Shown here: piece after piece, positions 17,555 to 26,780 of the stretch
Numbering within the stretch: the first letter of the stretch is position 1
Layout: the number at the start of each line of letters is the position of its first letter
DNA from: Chloroflexota bacterium
GTDB lineage: Bacteria > Chloroflexota > Dehalococcoidia > Tepidiformales > Tepidiformaceae
Assembly: GCA_016234445.1 (NCBI GenBank)
Contig: JACRBT010000008.1
Coordinates: forward strand, 9,109-73,108
Direction of reading: 5' to 3'
DNA length: 64,000 nucleotides
Program-made: the position numbers and the translations under genes
The notes under the pieces: generated by a model
Told to the model about the DNA's origin: nothing
The model's database searches: none
The model's input: the letters and a program-made list of their open reading frames with translations, nothing else

Positions 17555-18846
17555 CTCGCGTCACCCCCTTCGAGGATCCCCCGGACGCCGTCATGGTACA
17601 CCTCGCCGATCCGCACCGGCGTGATCCGGTTGCGAAGTTCCTCGCCGCCGTCCCCATAGACCGGGATGTAGTTGTCGGTGTGCCCGAAGGCCAGCGGCTG
17701 GCCGTCCACCTCGCGTTCGCCCTCCCAGAGCACCGCCCGGGACTCGCCCAGCGCCGCTTCCCGGAACGCCGTCGAGAGTTCGTCGCCCAGCGCGAGGAGC
17801 CGCCGCATCCGCTCCTGGCGGACCGGCGGCGGCACCTGCCCGGGCATCCGCGCCGCCGCCGTCCGCGACCGTTGCGAGTAGGGGAAACAGTGGAGCCGCG
17901 CGAACCCGGCTTCGCGGCAGAGCACCAGCGTCTCCTCGAACTGCTCGTCCGTCTCCCCGGGGAAGCCCGCGATGACGTCGGTCGTGATCGCCACCCCCGG
18001 CGCCGCCGCCCGGATCCGGTCGACGGCCCGCAGGTATTCCGCCGCCGTGTAGCGCCGCCGCATCGCCGCCAGCACCCCTTCGCTGCCCGACTGCAGCGCC
18101 AGGTGGAAGTGCGGCATCAGCCGGGGGTCGGACCAGAGCCCGAGGAGCGCCGGCGTGATGTCCTGGGGCTGGAGCGAACTGAACCGCAGCCGCGCCACGT
18201 CCGTGCCCTCCAGCACCCCGGCGATGAGGTCGTGCGGGCCGCGTGGGAGATCGAAGTCGCGGCCCCAGGCGCCAAGCTGCGTCCCCGTTATGACGACTTC
18301 GCGCGCGCCCGCCTCGACTGCCGCCTGGACCTCCGCCACGACCGCCGCCACCGGCCGCGACTGCTCCCGCCCGCGCGTCCGGGGGACGATGCAGAAGGCG
18401 CAGACATCGTTGCAGCCTTCCTGCGCCTTGATGAACGCCCGCGTGTGGAGCGCGCTCCCCCGGGCAACGTCCGCCCGCCGCGACCCCGGCCCGTCCAGTT
18501 TCCCGGCGAGGAAGCGCACGAGTTCCGCCTTGCCGTCGTCGCGAGTGCCCACGACGAGGTCCGCGCCGAGCGCCTCTACCGCTTCGAACCCGGCCGACTG
18601 GGGGAAGCAGCCTGTCACCGTGACGGCCGCCCCCGGGGACATCCGCCGCACCGAACGCACCAGCCGCCGTGACTTCTGGTCGGCCACGTGGGTCACGGAG
18701 CAGGTGTTCACGACGAACGCGTCCGCCTCGCACATGCGGTCCACCACGCGGTAGCCCGCCACGCGCAGTCCCCGCGCAATCTCTTCGCTGTCGGCAAGGT
18801 TCAGCTTGCAGCCGAGGGTGAGGATGGCCGCCACCGGTTGAGGCAT
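17551..18846 (-). CDS. mtaB: Radical-SAM tRNA methylthiotransferase (MiaB-like, MtaB type)
   Basis: The real gene lies inside ORF 17551..19620, with ATG at 18846. It shows the UPF0004 domain (TLGCKLNLADSE, NTCSVT), the radical-SAM cluster motif CNDVCAFC and a C-terminal TRAM-like region. Confidence 0.8.
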   Translation of the reverse strand: MPQPVAAILTLGCKLNLADSEEIARGLRVAGYRVVDRMCEADAFVVNTCSVTHVADQKSRRLVRSVRRMSPGAAVTVTGCFPQSAGFEAVEALGADLVVGTRDDGKAELVRFLAGKLDGPGSRRADVARGSALHTRAFIKAQEGCNDVCAFCIVPRTRGREQSRPVAAVVAEVQAAVEAGAREVVITGTQLGAWGRDFDLPRGPHDLIAGVLEGTDVARLRFSSLQPQDITPALLGLWSDPRLMPHFHLALQSGSEGVLAAMRRRYTAAEYLRAVDRIRAAAPGVAITTDVIAGFPGETDEQFEETLVLCREAGFARLHCFPYSQRSRTAAARMPGQVPPPVRQERMRRLLALGDELSTAFREAALGESRAVLWEGEREVDGQPLAFGHTDNYIPVYGDGGEELRNRITPVRIGEVYHDGVRGILEGGDAR

Positions 18847-18969
18847 CGCCCCGCGATCGTAGCAGCCGCCGGGCGCAAGAGCGTTCGCCGCCAGCAACTC
18901 CCTCCCCGCGGACGCGGCGATTTGGTAAGGTGGTTCGAAACCGCCCGTTTCGGGACTGGAGGGTTCGCA

Positions 18970-19371
18970 ATGACCCAGGACCTGCACGATGTCATGGACG
19001 AAATCGACGACAGGGGAGACCTCGTCGACAGCTTCCTCGGCGGGCTCGCCCGGCGCGTCGGCCTCAAGGCGGGCGCCCGCAACGTCTTCGGCGACCCGGT
19101 CGAACGCGACGGCGTCACGGTCATCCCCGTGGCGAAAGTGCGCTACGGCTTCGGCGGCGGCGCTGGCATGGGCGAAGGCGAAGACGGCGACGGGATGGGC
19201 CAGGGTGGCGGCGGCGGCGTGATGGCCAGCCCCATCGGCTTTATCGAAATCCGCCAGGGCGCCGCGACCTTCATGCCCATCCGCGACGCCAGCTCCGTTT
19301 GGCCGATGATCGTCGCCAGCGGCGTGGCCTCGTGGTTCGTCCTCCGCGGCCTCCGCGCCCTCTTCCGCTAG
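18970..19371 (+). CDS. YtfJ/GerW family (sporulation-associated) protein
   Basis: ATG 18970 within ORF 18688..19371. The translation has FGDPVERDGVTVIPVAKVRYGFGGGAG, a Gly-rich tract and PIGFIEI. Confidence 0.7.
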   Translation: MTQDLHDVMDEIDDRGDLVDSFLGGLARRVGLKAGARNVFGDPVERDGVTVIPVAKVRYGFGGGAGMGEGEDGDGMGQGGGGGVMASPIGFIEIRQGAATFMPIRDASSVWPMIVASGVASWFVLRGLRALFR

Positions 19372-19392
19372 CCGCTGTTCCACCCGCAGACG

Positions 19393-19442
19393 CCTCCCCC
19401 TCGCCCGCGAAGCGGGAGCAGGGGGCCGGGGGGTGAGGGGCC
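19393..19442. repeat. REP-like G/C-rich hairpin element, copy 1
   Basis: The sequence cctccccctcgcccgcgaagcgggagcagggggccggggggtgaggggcc forms an imperfect hairpin plus a GGGGTGAGGGGC tail. It is near-identical in layout to the copy at 53829-53875. Confidence 0.6.
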
Positions 19443-20230
19443 TACCCCCGCCGCACCGCGGCATCCAGCGGCCGCGACTCCTCGCGGTGCATCTCCCGCC
19501 AGAGCGCCAGCAATGCCTCGCCTTGCTTCTTGCCCATCCGGTGGTTGCCTTCGACGCCGGAGTGGAAACCGTCCGGGCCCCGGGGGGAGCGCTCCAGCTC
19601 ATCCGGGGGGCGGGGGCCATCCCGCCCGACGTAGGTCACGTGGAGGTCGTCGCAGAGCGCCTTGATCGGCCGGTGCACTTCCGAAGTCCGGCGATTCCTG
19701 CGGTCGAGCTGGGCGGCGGTCAACTCAGGCCGGGGGCGCTGGCCGGCCGGGCCGCTCACCAGCAGGCCGGCGTGTTCGTGCGCGATGATCCGGCGGATGA
19801 CCGTTTCCATGCAGGCCACCACCTCGCCCGGCTTGTAGTAGGTGTCCCCGCCGATCCGCCGCTCGATGACCTGGCGCAGCGACCGCCCGGGAGTGCTGGT
19901 GGCGACCACCGGCGTGTCCTGGGCCTTCCACCCCGCCCGGGCGATGTACTTGCCCACCAGGGGCACCCGCCGCTCAATCCGCAAAGGCACCGACTCATGC
20001 GTCCACCAGAAGACGTTGAGCTTGAGGTAGACGAGGTCCGGCTGGTACTCGTCCATCCATTCGTCGACCAGCCCCGGAAGCCTATCCGTGGGCCAGATCT
20101 TCTTTCGGACGGTCTGCACTTCCAGGCCGGTACCCTCGGCAAGGATGCGCTCGGCGACCGCCGCCGCCCGGTCCTCTTCGGGAACCCCGTCCGAGAACTC
20201 GTTACTGTTGCCAAGACGCAGCACTTTCAT
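19442..20230 (-). CDS. SGNH/GDSL-like hydrolase family protein (paralogue A)
   Basis: Block I reads LRLGNSN and the C-terminal block V reads DGFHSGVEGNH. It is colinear with the paralogue at 28167..28898. Confidence 0.6.
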   Translation of the reverse strand: MKVLRLGNSNEFSDGVPEEDRAAAVAERILAEGTGLEVQTVRKKIWPTDRLPGLVDEWMDEYQPDLVYLKLNVFWWTHESVPLRIERRVPLVGKYIARAGWKAQDTPVVATSTPGRSLRQVIERRIGGDTYYKPGEVVACMETVIRRIIAHEHAGLLVSGPAGQRPRPELTAAQLDRRNRRTSEVHRPIKALCDDLHVTYVGRDGPRPPDELERSPRGPDGFHSGVEGNHRMGKKQGEALLALWREMHREESRPLDAAVRRG

Positions 20231-20334
20231 GGTGTGGAAGCGTACCCCGGCGTTCGCATCGACGGAAGTAGTCTCTGCCCACTTTTCTTCGGACCACCAG
20301 CCGCCAGTCCTGTGCTGTTGTACCGTGGAACCAG

Positions 20335-21204
20335 ATGGAAGCTCACCCCGAAGAAGGCAGCCTTGTCTTCATCCTCGATGCCATTGGCCGCATCCTCCTC
20401 CAGCAGGGGGATGACCACACCCCGCCTGCCGGCTACGGCCGCTGGAACGTCCCCGGCGGCCATCGCGAACCCGGCGAGACCCCCGAGGAGACCGCCCGCC
20501 GCGAAATCGAAGAGGAGACCGGCCTCCGCCTCGACTCCCTCCGCTCCCTCGGCACGATCCCCGAGGGCGACGGCGGCTTCCCCATGCGGCTCCACCTCTT
20601 CGTCTCGGACGACATCGTCGAACCCGCCCACGTCCAGGTGAACGAAGGCCTCGACATGCGTTTCTGGCACCCGGACGAGGCCCCGGCGCTCCTCATGAGC
20701 CCCGTCACGCGCGGCATCTTCGACCGCTTCGTCGCCCACGGCGCCTACCGCCACACCCTCGCCCTCCGCGACGGCCCAACCGCCGCCGCCGCCGTCATCG
20801 AGATCGACCGCTGGGGCCGCATCCTCCTCCAGCTCCGCGACGACCACCCTGCGCCCTTCCCCTACCCGGGCCACTGGACCCTCCCCGGGGGCATGGTCGA
20901 ACCCGGCGAAGCCCCCGACGCCGCCGCCTTCCGCGAGTTCGAAGAGGAGACCGGCCACCTCCTCGACACCCTCCGCCTCTTCCGCACCTATTCCCGCGCC
21001 GACCTCCCGGCCCAGGACGTCCACCTCCAGCACGTTTACTACATCGACGCCGACCTGGAAGAAGACCGCCTCGACGTGAACGAAGGCCAGGCCTTCCGCT
21101 ACCACGCCCCGGCCGAGATCGAGGCGCTCCGGCTCACCCCCTACGCCCGGGCCATCATCGGCGACTTCCTCGGCAGCACCGCTTACCGCGCCATGTTCCA
21201 CTGA
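20335..21204 (+). CDS. Tandem-domain NUDIX hydrolase
   Basis: Two Nudix boxes are present: GGHREPGETPEETARREIEEETGL and GGMVEPGEAPDAAAFREFEEETGH. Confidence 0.8.
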   Translation: MEAHPEEGSLVFILDAIGRILLQQGDDHTPPAGYGRWNVPGGHREPGETPEETARREIEEETGLRLDSLRSLGTIPEGDGGFPMRLHLFVSDDIVEPAHVQVNEGLDMRFWHPDEAPALLMSPVTRGIFDRFVAHGAYRHTLALRDGPTAAAAVIEIDRWGRILLQLRDDHPAPFPYPGHWTLPGGMVEPGEAPDAAAFREFEEETGHLLDTLRLFRTYSRADLPAQDVHLQHVYYIDADLEEDRLDVNEGQAFRYHAPAEIEALRLTPYARAIIGDFLGSTAYRAMFH

Positions 21205-21236
21205 CGCCCTGCTTCCGCGGGCAGACACCGCGAACC

Positions 21237-21731
21237 TTAGAGGCTCGCCAGCGCCGGCGGCTCGGCGTCTTCCGGGGGCGCCACCTTCTCCAGCTGCACG
21301 ACCAGTGCCGAATGCGGATAGAAGCGGACCTTCAGGTAGTCGCCGGCCTTCACCTCGAGATGAAGCGGCGGGTCGACCCGGAAGATGTTCTTGGTCTCCA
21401 GCCGCACATAGTGGCTGCGGAGCACCAGCGAGTCGGTCCGCGACCAGCGCCGGAGCACGAACCCCGAGACCTCTCGCGTCCCTTCGATCAGGTCCAGGAT
21501 CGGCTGCATCGCCTGGAAGCCGACGAGAAACGACAGGAAGACAAGCACGCCGACCAGGAACCAGGTGGCGCCGTGCTCCGGGCCGGTCACGCGGTCATAC
21601 GTGAAGTAGAGCAAGGCCCCGAGCAGCACCAGCGCCGGCGGGCTCCAGATCGCGGCCGAGCGCAGCAGCCGCATGTGTGCCCGGCGTTCGCCTTCGGCCT
21701 GCGCCAGCAGCGGGTCGTCCTGCCATCTCAT
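21237..21731 (-). CDS. Hypothetical membrane protein
   Basis: 164 aa with two TM helices (PPALVLLGALLYFTY; WFLVGVLVFLSFLVGF) and a soluble C-terminal domain. It overlaps the upstream gene by 4 nt. Confidence 0.5.
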   Translation of the reverse strand: MRWQDDPLLAQAEGERRAHMRLLRSAAIWSPPALVLLGALLYFTYDRVTGPEHGATWFLVGVLVFLSFLVGFQAMQPILDLIEGTREVSGFVLRRWSRTDSLVLRSHYVRLETKNIFRVDPPLHLEVKAGDYLKVRFYPHSALVVQLEKVAPPEDAEPPALASL

Positions 21732-22288
21732 TGGGCGGCGGGGATCTTCAGCTCGGCGCCAATCGCGAGCGCGTTCGGGTTCAGCCCAGGGTTCAGGGCC
21801 ACGATCGCGTCAACCGTGGTGTTGAACTGCGTCGCAATGTCCGAGAGGGTGTCGCCCGCCTTCACCGTGTAGCTCCGGAGCCCGCCGGGCGTGGGCGAAA
21901 CGGCCGTCGGAGCCGCTGTCGGCGATCCCGGCACGGCCGTGCCCGCGGGCTGTGTCTGGGGCGTGGCCGTCTTCCCCGGCAGGACAATCCCCTGTCTCGT
22001 CGCTGTCGCCGTGGCCCCGAACGACGGCGTCGAGGTCGAGACCGTCCGCAGGGCGTCGTTGTGGCTCTTCGACTCCGGCGGCCGGACGAAGAGGAACACC
22101 GCCACGAAGGTCGCCGCCACCAGCGCCAGTATCGAGCCCCGGTACATCCTCGCCGAAGGCGCCACCGACTCGGGCGCCATGCAGCGAAGGCAGACGTCCT
22201 CGCCGTGCTCCGGGCAGTAAAGCCGCCCGCAGGTCGGGCACTCCTCCTCGGCGGGGCGTTCGCAGTAGTAGCAGGTGGGGTCGGCCAT
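21728..22288 (-). CDS. Zinc-ribbon / TM / LysM domain protein
   Basis: ATG 22288. The N-terminus reads CYYCERPAEEECPTCGRLYCPEHGEDVCLRC, followed by a TM helix, a Pro/Thr/Ala linker and a C-terminal LysM (YTVKAGDTLSDIATQFNTTVDAIVALNPGL). Confidence 0.7.
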   Translation of the reverse strand: MADPTCYYCERPAEEECPTCGRLYCPEHGEDVCLRCMAPESVAPSARMYRGSILALVAATFVAVFLFVRPPESKSHNDALRTVSTSTPSFGATATATRQGIVLPGKTATPQTQPAGTAVPGSPTAAPTAVSPTPGGLRSYTVKAGDTLSDIATQFNTTVDAIVALNPGLNPNALAIGAELKIPAAQ

Positions 22289-22422
22289 CTGGCCTACCGT
22301 ATCAGGGCGCCCCGGAGAGGGGAACAGCCAAAGGGAAAGAGCGGGCTTCTTCCGGGGTTCGCCACCGGCCATGCAACACTTTTGGGCCTTCCAACGTCAT
22401 TAGAGGTATGGGAGGTGTCCAC

Positions 22423-22602
22423 ATGCCCACCGTCGAACAAATCCCAGCCCGGCCACATGCCCACCACTGGCTCATTGAGGAAGCGAACGGCCCCCTGAGC
22501 ACGGGCGTCTGCAAGAGTTGCGGCGAACGCAAGGACTTCCGCAACTGGCTCCTGGAAACCGACTTCATCACCAACGAAGAGCGGCGCGCGACCGCGGCCT
22601 GA
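22423..22602 (+). CDS. Small hypothetical His/Cys-containing protein
   Basis: 59 aa. ATG 22423 is preceded by GGAGGTG. The translation contains HAHHWLIEEANGPLSTGVCKSCGERKDF. Confidence 0.45.
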   Translation: MPTVEQIPARPHAHHWLIEEANGPLSTGVCKSCGERKDFRNWLLETDFITNEERRATAA

Positions 22603-22605
22603 ACC

Positions 22606-24501
22606 CTACTTCGCGGCCGCGGCGGCCCCCGGCTGGAACTGCTGCTCGTAGAGCCGGGCATAGAGCCCGTCGCGCGCCAGCAGCTCCTGGTGGCTGCCCG
22701 ACTCCACCACCCGCCCGCCATCGATCACGACGATGATGTCCGCCGCCAGCACCGTGGAAAGCCGGTGGGCGATGGCGATGACCGTCCGCCCCCGGGTGAG
22801 GTGCTCCAGCGCGTCCTGGATCGCCCGCTCCGTCCGCGAGTCCACGCTTGAGGTCGCTTCGTCGAGGATGAGGATCGCCGGGTCCTTCAAGAGCGCCCGG
22901 GCGATCGCCACCCGCTGCTTTTCGCCGCCCGAAAGCCGGTAACCGCGTTCGCCCACGAGCGTGTCGTAGCCCCCTGGCAGCCCGGCGATGAAGTCGTGGA
23001 TGTTCGCCGCGCGCGTCGCCGCCTCGACCTCGTCGTCCGTCGCCTGCGGCCGCCCGTAGCGAATGTTCTCCCGGATCGTGTCGTGGAAGAGGAACGGCTC
23101 CTGGTTCACCATCCCGATGCAGGCGCCGAGCGAATCCAGGGTTACATCACGGATGTCGTGGCCGTCCACCGTCACCCTGCCGGAGTCGACGTCGTAGAGC
23201 CGCGGCACCAGGTACGCGGTCGTCGTCTTCCCCGCGCCCGAAGGCCCAACAAGCGCCGCGAATTGCCCCGGCGGCACGTCGAAGGAGACGTCCTTCAAGA
23301 CAGGCTGCCCGCGCAGGTACGCAAAGGAGACGTGTTCCAGCGTCACGTGGCCTTTCACGTCCGCCAGCGGCACCGCGCCCGGCCGGTCGCTGACCTCCTG
23401 CTCCATGTCCAGGTAGTCGAAAAGCCGTTCGAAGAGGGCAACCGAACTGAGGACCGTGACGTTGACGTTCATCAGCCCCGCCACGGGTTCGAACAGCCGC
23501 GTGAGTAGGGCCGCGAAGGCCACCACCGTCCCCGGCGAGGACTCGGCGCCGATGACCCGGTGGCCCCCGTACCAGTAGACGATAGCCGGCCCGATCGCGG
23601 CCACAATCCCCGTCGACATCCAGAACCAGCGGCCAACCATCGCCCGGCGGATGTTCAGCGCCCGGATCCGGGCGGCAGTCTCGTTGAAGCGGTCTGCCTC
23701 GTCGTCGGCCCGGCCGAACGTCTTCACCAGCAACGCCCCGCTGACCGACAGCGTCTCCTGCATCTGGGAATTGAGCGCCGCAATCTGCTCCTGCGACTCG
23801 CTCACGATCCCCCGCTGGATGTTCCCCACGTAGGTGGCCGGGATCAGGAAGAGCGGCAGGAAGGCGGTGCAGAACAGCGCCAGCTTCCAGTCCATCGCCA
23901 GCATGAGCGCGAACGTCGTCGTCGCCGTGATCAGGTTCCCGAAGATGCCCCCAAGTGACTCGCTCACCACCTGCTGGACCCCGCCGACGTCATTGCTGAC
24001 GCGGGAAAGGGTTTCGCCCGTGCGGTTCGCCGTGAACCAGCGCATCGACATGCCGCTGAGGTGGCGATAGAGCTCCCGCCGCAGCCGGTACATCACGTTC
24101 TGGCCGATGGTGTTGCTCTGGTAGGTCTGCAACACCCCCAGCAGCGCCCCGCCGAGCACCGTCGCCAGCATCACCGCGACCAGGATGTTCAGCTCCCGCC
24201 CGTCACCGTTCGGGAGGGAGTGGTCGATGATCCGCCGGATAACCAGCGGCGCCCCAAGCCCGGCCACGGAGGCCGCCAGGATCGTCGCCAGCAGGACCAC
24301 GACGCGAAAACGCTCCGGCCGGTGGAGTGCGAGTGCACGTTTGAGAGTTGGCCACGCCGGTCGCGTCGGGCGCGCCTTACGCCGTTCGGCCCGGGCCGCC
24401 CAGTGGTTCATCGCCATAGACGCTTCGATGGTACCCCCCGCGCCCCCCTCGGAGTAGCGGTTCCCCCACTCCCCCGTCCCGGGCGTAGAATGCCGCCCCA
24501 T
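22606..24501 (-). CDS. ABC exporter, fused permease/ATPase (MsbA/multidrug type)
   Basis: Six-TM N-terminal domain, Walker A GPSGAGKTT, signature LSGGEKQR and Walker B ILILDEATS. An alternative start is ATG 24417. Confidence 0.85.
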   Translation of the reverse strand: MGRHSTPGTGEWGNRYSEGGAGGTIEASMAMNHWAARAERRKARPTRPAWPTLKRALALHRPERFRVVVLLATILAASVAGLGAPLVIRRIIDHSLPNGDGRELNILVAVMLATVLGGALLGVLQTYQSNTIGQNVMYRLRRELYRHLSGMSMRWFTANRTGETLSRVSNDVGGVQQVVSESLGGIFGNLITATTTFALMLAMDWKLALFCTAFLPLFLIPATYVGNIQRGIVSESQEQIAALNSQMQETLSVSGALLVKTFGRADDEADRFNETAARIRALNIRRAMVGRWFWMSTGIVAAIGPAIVYWYGGHRVIGAESSPGTVVAFAALLTRLFEPVAGLMNVNVTVLSSVALFERLFDYLDMEQEVSDRPGAVPLADVKGHVTLEHVSFAYLRGQPVLKDVSFDVPPGQFAALVGPSGAGKTTTAYLVPRLYDVDSGRVTVDGHDIRDVTLDSLGACIGMVNQEPFLFHDTIRENIRYGRPQATDDEVEAATRAANIHDFIAGLPGGYDTLVGERGYRLSGGEKQRVAIARALLKDPAILILDEATSSVDSRTERAIQDALEHLTRGRTVIAIAHRLSTVLAADIIVVIDGGRVVESGSHQELLARDGLYARLYEQQFQPGAAAAAK

Positions 24502-26713
24502 GGACCTCCTCGCCGGTGAACCCTTTGCCGTCGCCTCCCACGGGCTCGCCGCCGCCTACGTGGCCTGGCTCCTCCGCCAATACGGCGCCGAAGTCGACCA
24601 CCAGTCGGCCCTCGACCCGTCGGCGGGTCCCGCCCTCTACCTCTGCGAAGGCGCCCGGCCCGATCCCGCGCCGAAGCCGGCCGGCGCCTCGCCGCTGATC
24701 ACCGACGCCCCCATTACGGCCGCGAACCGCGCCTGGCTCGAAGCCGAAGCCGCCCGCCGCCCCGTCACCTGGATCACCCCCTGGGGCCACACCACGGACT
24801 GGGCCGAACGCCCGGCCACGGACCTCATCGTCCACGCCGCCGGCGGCTGGATGTCGGGCGTCGGCGAACCCGGCCGCGAACCGATCGGCCCGCCCGGCGC
24901 CCAGGCCCAGTTCGCCGCGGGGCTCTTCGCCACCGTCCACGTCCTCTCCCCCGCCGGGAAGCTGCGCGGGCTCGCCAGCGTTTCGATCGCCGAAGCCGTC
25001 GCCGCCACCTGCATTTACGACGTCGTCGCCTTCCAGTACTACGGCAACGTCCGCCAGCGCGTCGGCAACCGCTACGCCGCCACTCAGCCGATGCTCACGA
25101 CTCTCCCCTGCAAGGACGGCTACGTCGGCATCCACGCCGCCCTCCACGCCCAGTGGGTGCGCGTCTGCCAACTCATCGGCCACCCGGAACTCGTCGCCGA
25201 CCCCCGTTTCGCCGACCCCGGCGAACGCGCCCGCAACATCGCCGCCCTCGACACCTACCTCCTCCCCTGGCTCGCAACCCGCACCCGCTGGGAGGCCTAC
25301 CACGAGCTCCAGGCAGCCCGGGTCCCCGCCTCCGCCCTGCCAACCGTCGACGAAGTGCTCGCGTCCCCGCAGCTGGCAGCCCGCGACGCCTGGCGCGAAG
25401 TGCCGGGTCCCGGTGGCCGCCCGATCCGCGTCCCCGGCCCCCCGGCGCGGGTCGAGCGCAGCCACGCACGCCCCGTCCCCGACCGCCCCGACGGCCCCTG
25501 GCGCCACGGCAGCCTCCGCGTCCTCGACCTCTCGATGGGCTGGGCCGGCCCCCTCGTCTCCCACATCCTCAGCTGCTACGGCGCCGACGTGATCAAGGTC
25601 GAAGGCCCCGGCCGGATCGACTGGTGGCGCGGCTCCCGGCCCCCCGGCGACGACCCCGCCAACGTCCTCCACGAACGCAGCCACGTCTTCAACACCGCCA
25701 ACCGCGGCAAACGCGGCATCACCCTCGACCTCACGTCCCCCGAAGGCCGCGCCATCGCCCTCCAGCTCGCCGACGCCGCCGACGTCGTCGTCGAGAACTT
25801 CCGCGCAGGGGTCCTCGAACGCCTCGGCCTCGGCTACGACGCCCTCTCCGAGCGCAACCCCGGCCTCATCCTCCTTCGCCAGCCGGGCTTCGGCGCGGGC
25901 GGCCCCGAAGGCAGCTACCAGGTCTTCGGCAACACCATCGAAGGCATGTCCGGCCTCACCGCGATCACGGGCTACGAAGACGGCCCCCCGCTGATGATGT
26001 CCAACGCCTTTGGCGACCCCGTCAGCGGCCTCAACGGCACCATCGCCGTCCTCGCCGCCCTTTCCGCGAAGGAACGCGACCACCACGGCGCCGCCATCGA
26101 AGCCGCCCAGATCGAAGGCTTCCTCCCGATGACCAGCGAAGCCCTGATCGCCCACCAGGTCTCCGGTGAGGTCCCCGCCCGCCGCGGCAACCGGCGTCCC
26201 CGCTCCGAACCCTCCGGCGCCTTCCGCTGCGCCGGCGACGACCGCTGGCTCGCCCTCGAAGTCCGCGACGGCGCCGACTGGGCCGCCCTCGCCAGCATTC
26301 TCGGCCAGCCCTGGGACACCGATGCCAGCCTGTCCACCGTCGAAGCCCGCGAAGCCCGGCGCTCCGAAATCCATGAAGCCGTCGAAGCCTGGACCTCTAC
26401 CCGCGACCGCGACGAAGCGGTAGAGATCCTGGTCGCGGCTGGCATCCCGGCGGCGCCCGTCAACGACGAATCGGACCAGCTGGCGTTCGGCCCCTTCGCC
26501 GAGATCGAATTCTTCGCCGGCAGCGAACGTGCCGTCGTCGGTTACCACCTCTACCCGTCGCTGCCCATCCTCACCGCCGCGGGCCGTCCCCAGCCGCCCT
26601 GCCCGGCGCCCCTGCTCGGCGAACACACGGCCGAAGTCCTCGCCGGGCTGGGGCTCACCGGCAGCGAGGTGGCGGCGCTCTCGGATTCAGGCATCGTCGC
26701 CATCCCGGCCTGA
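24500..26713 (+). CDS. Tandem fusion of two family III (CaiB/BaiF) CoA-transferase-like modules
   Basis: 737 aa. The C-terminal module has the canonical LRVLDLSMGWAGPLVSHILSCYGADVIKVE and GMSGLTAITGYEDGPP. The N-terminal module is divergent but colinear (GGWMSGVGEPGREP). Confidence 0.75.
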   Translation: MDLLAGEPFAVASHGLAAAYVAWLLRQYGAEVDHQSALDPSAGPALYLCEGARPDPAPKPAGASPLITDAPITAANRAWLEAEAARRPVTWITPWGHTTDWAERPATDLIVHAAGGWMSGVGEPGREPIGPPGAQAQFAAGLFATVHVLSPAGKLRGLASVSIAEAVAATCIYDVVAFQYYGNVRQRVGNRYAATQPMLTTLPCKDGYVGIHAALHAQWVRVCQLIGHPELVADPRFADPGERARNIAALDTYLLPWLATRTRWEAYHELQAARVPASALPTVDEVLASPQLAARDAWREVPGPGGRPIRVPGPPARVERSHARPVPDRPDGPWRHGSLRVLDLSMGWAGPLVSHILSCYGADVIKVEGPGRIDWWRGSRPPGDDPANVLHERSHVFNTANRGKRGITLDLTSPEGRAIALQLADAADVVVENFRAGVLERLGLGYDALSERNPGLILLRQPGFGAGGPEGSYQVFGNTIEGMSGLTAITGYEDGPPLMMSNAFGDPVSGLNGTIAVLAALSAKERDHHGAAIEAAQIEGFLPMTSEALIAHQVSGEVPARRGNRRPRSEPSGAFRCAGDDRWLALEVRDGADWAALASILGQPWDTDASLSTVEAREARRSEIHEAVEAWTSTRDRDEAVEILVAAGIPAAPVNDESDQLAFGPFAEIEFFAGSERAVVGYHLYPSLPILTAAGRPQPPCPAPLLGEHTAEVLAGLGLTGSEVAALSDSGIVAIPA

Positions 26714-26729
26714 CCCGGCCCACGAAGAA

Positions 26730-26751
26730 GGGGCTGACCGAAGCCAGCCCC
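26730..26751. terminator. GC-rich hairpin between convergent genes (possible bidirectional terminator)
   Basis: GGGGCTG-accgaagc-CAGCCCC, lying between the CoA-transferase stop (26713) and the PCuAC stop (26781). Confidence 0.4.
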
Positions 26752-26780
26752 CAGGAAAGCCTGTCCAGCCGCGCCGGGCG

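Noticed and set aside
17551-19620. 689-aa version of the methylthiotransferase ORF
   Set aside because: The N-terminal 258 residues are low-complexity and antisense to the YtfJ-like gene. The conserved MtaB N-terminus (AILTLGCKLN) begins at ATG 18846.
24377-26626. 749-aa minus-strand ORF opposite the tandem CoA-transferase gene
   Set aside because: The sequence is a Gly/Ala/Val/Asp/Glu-rich antisense translation with no motifs. The plus-strand frame carries canonical CoA-transferase signatures.
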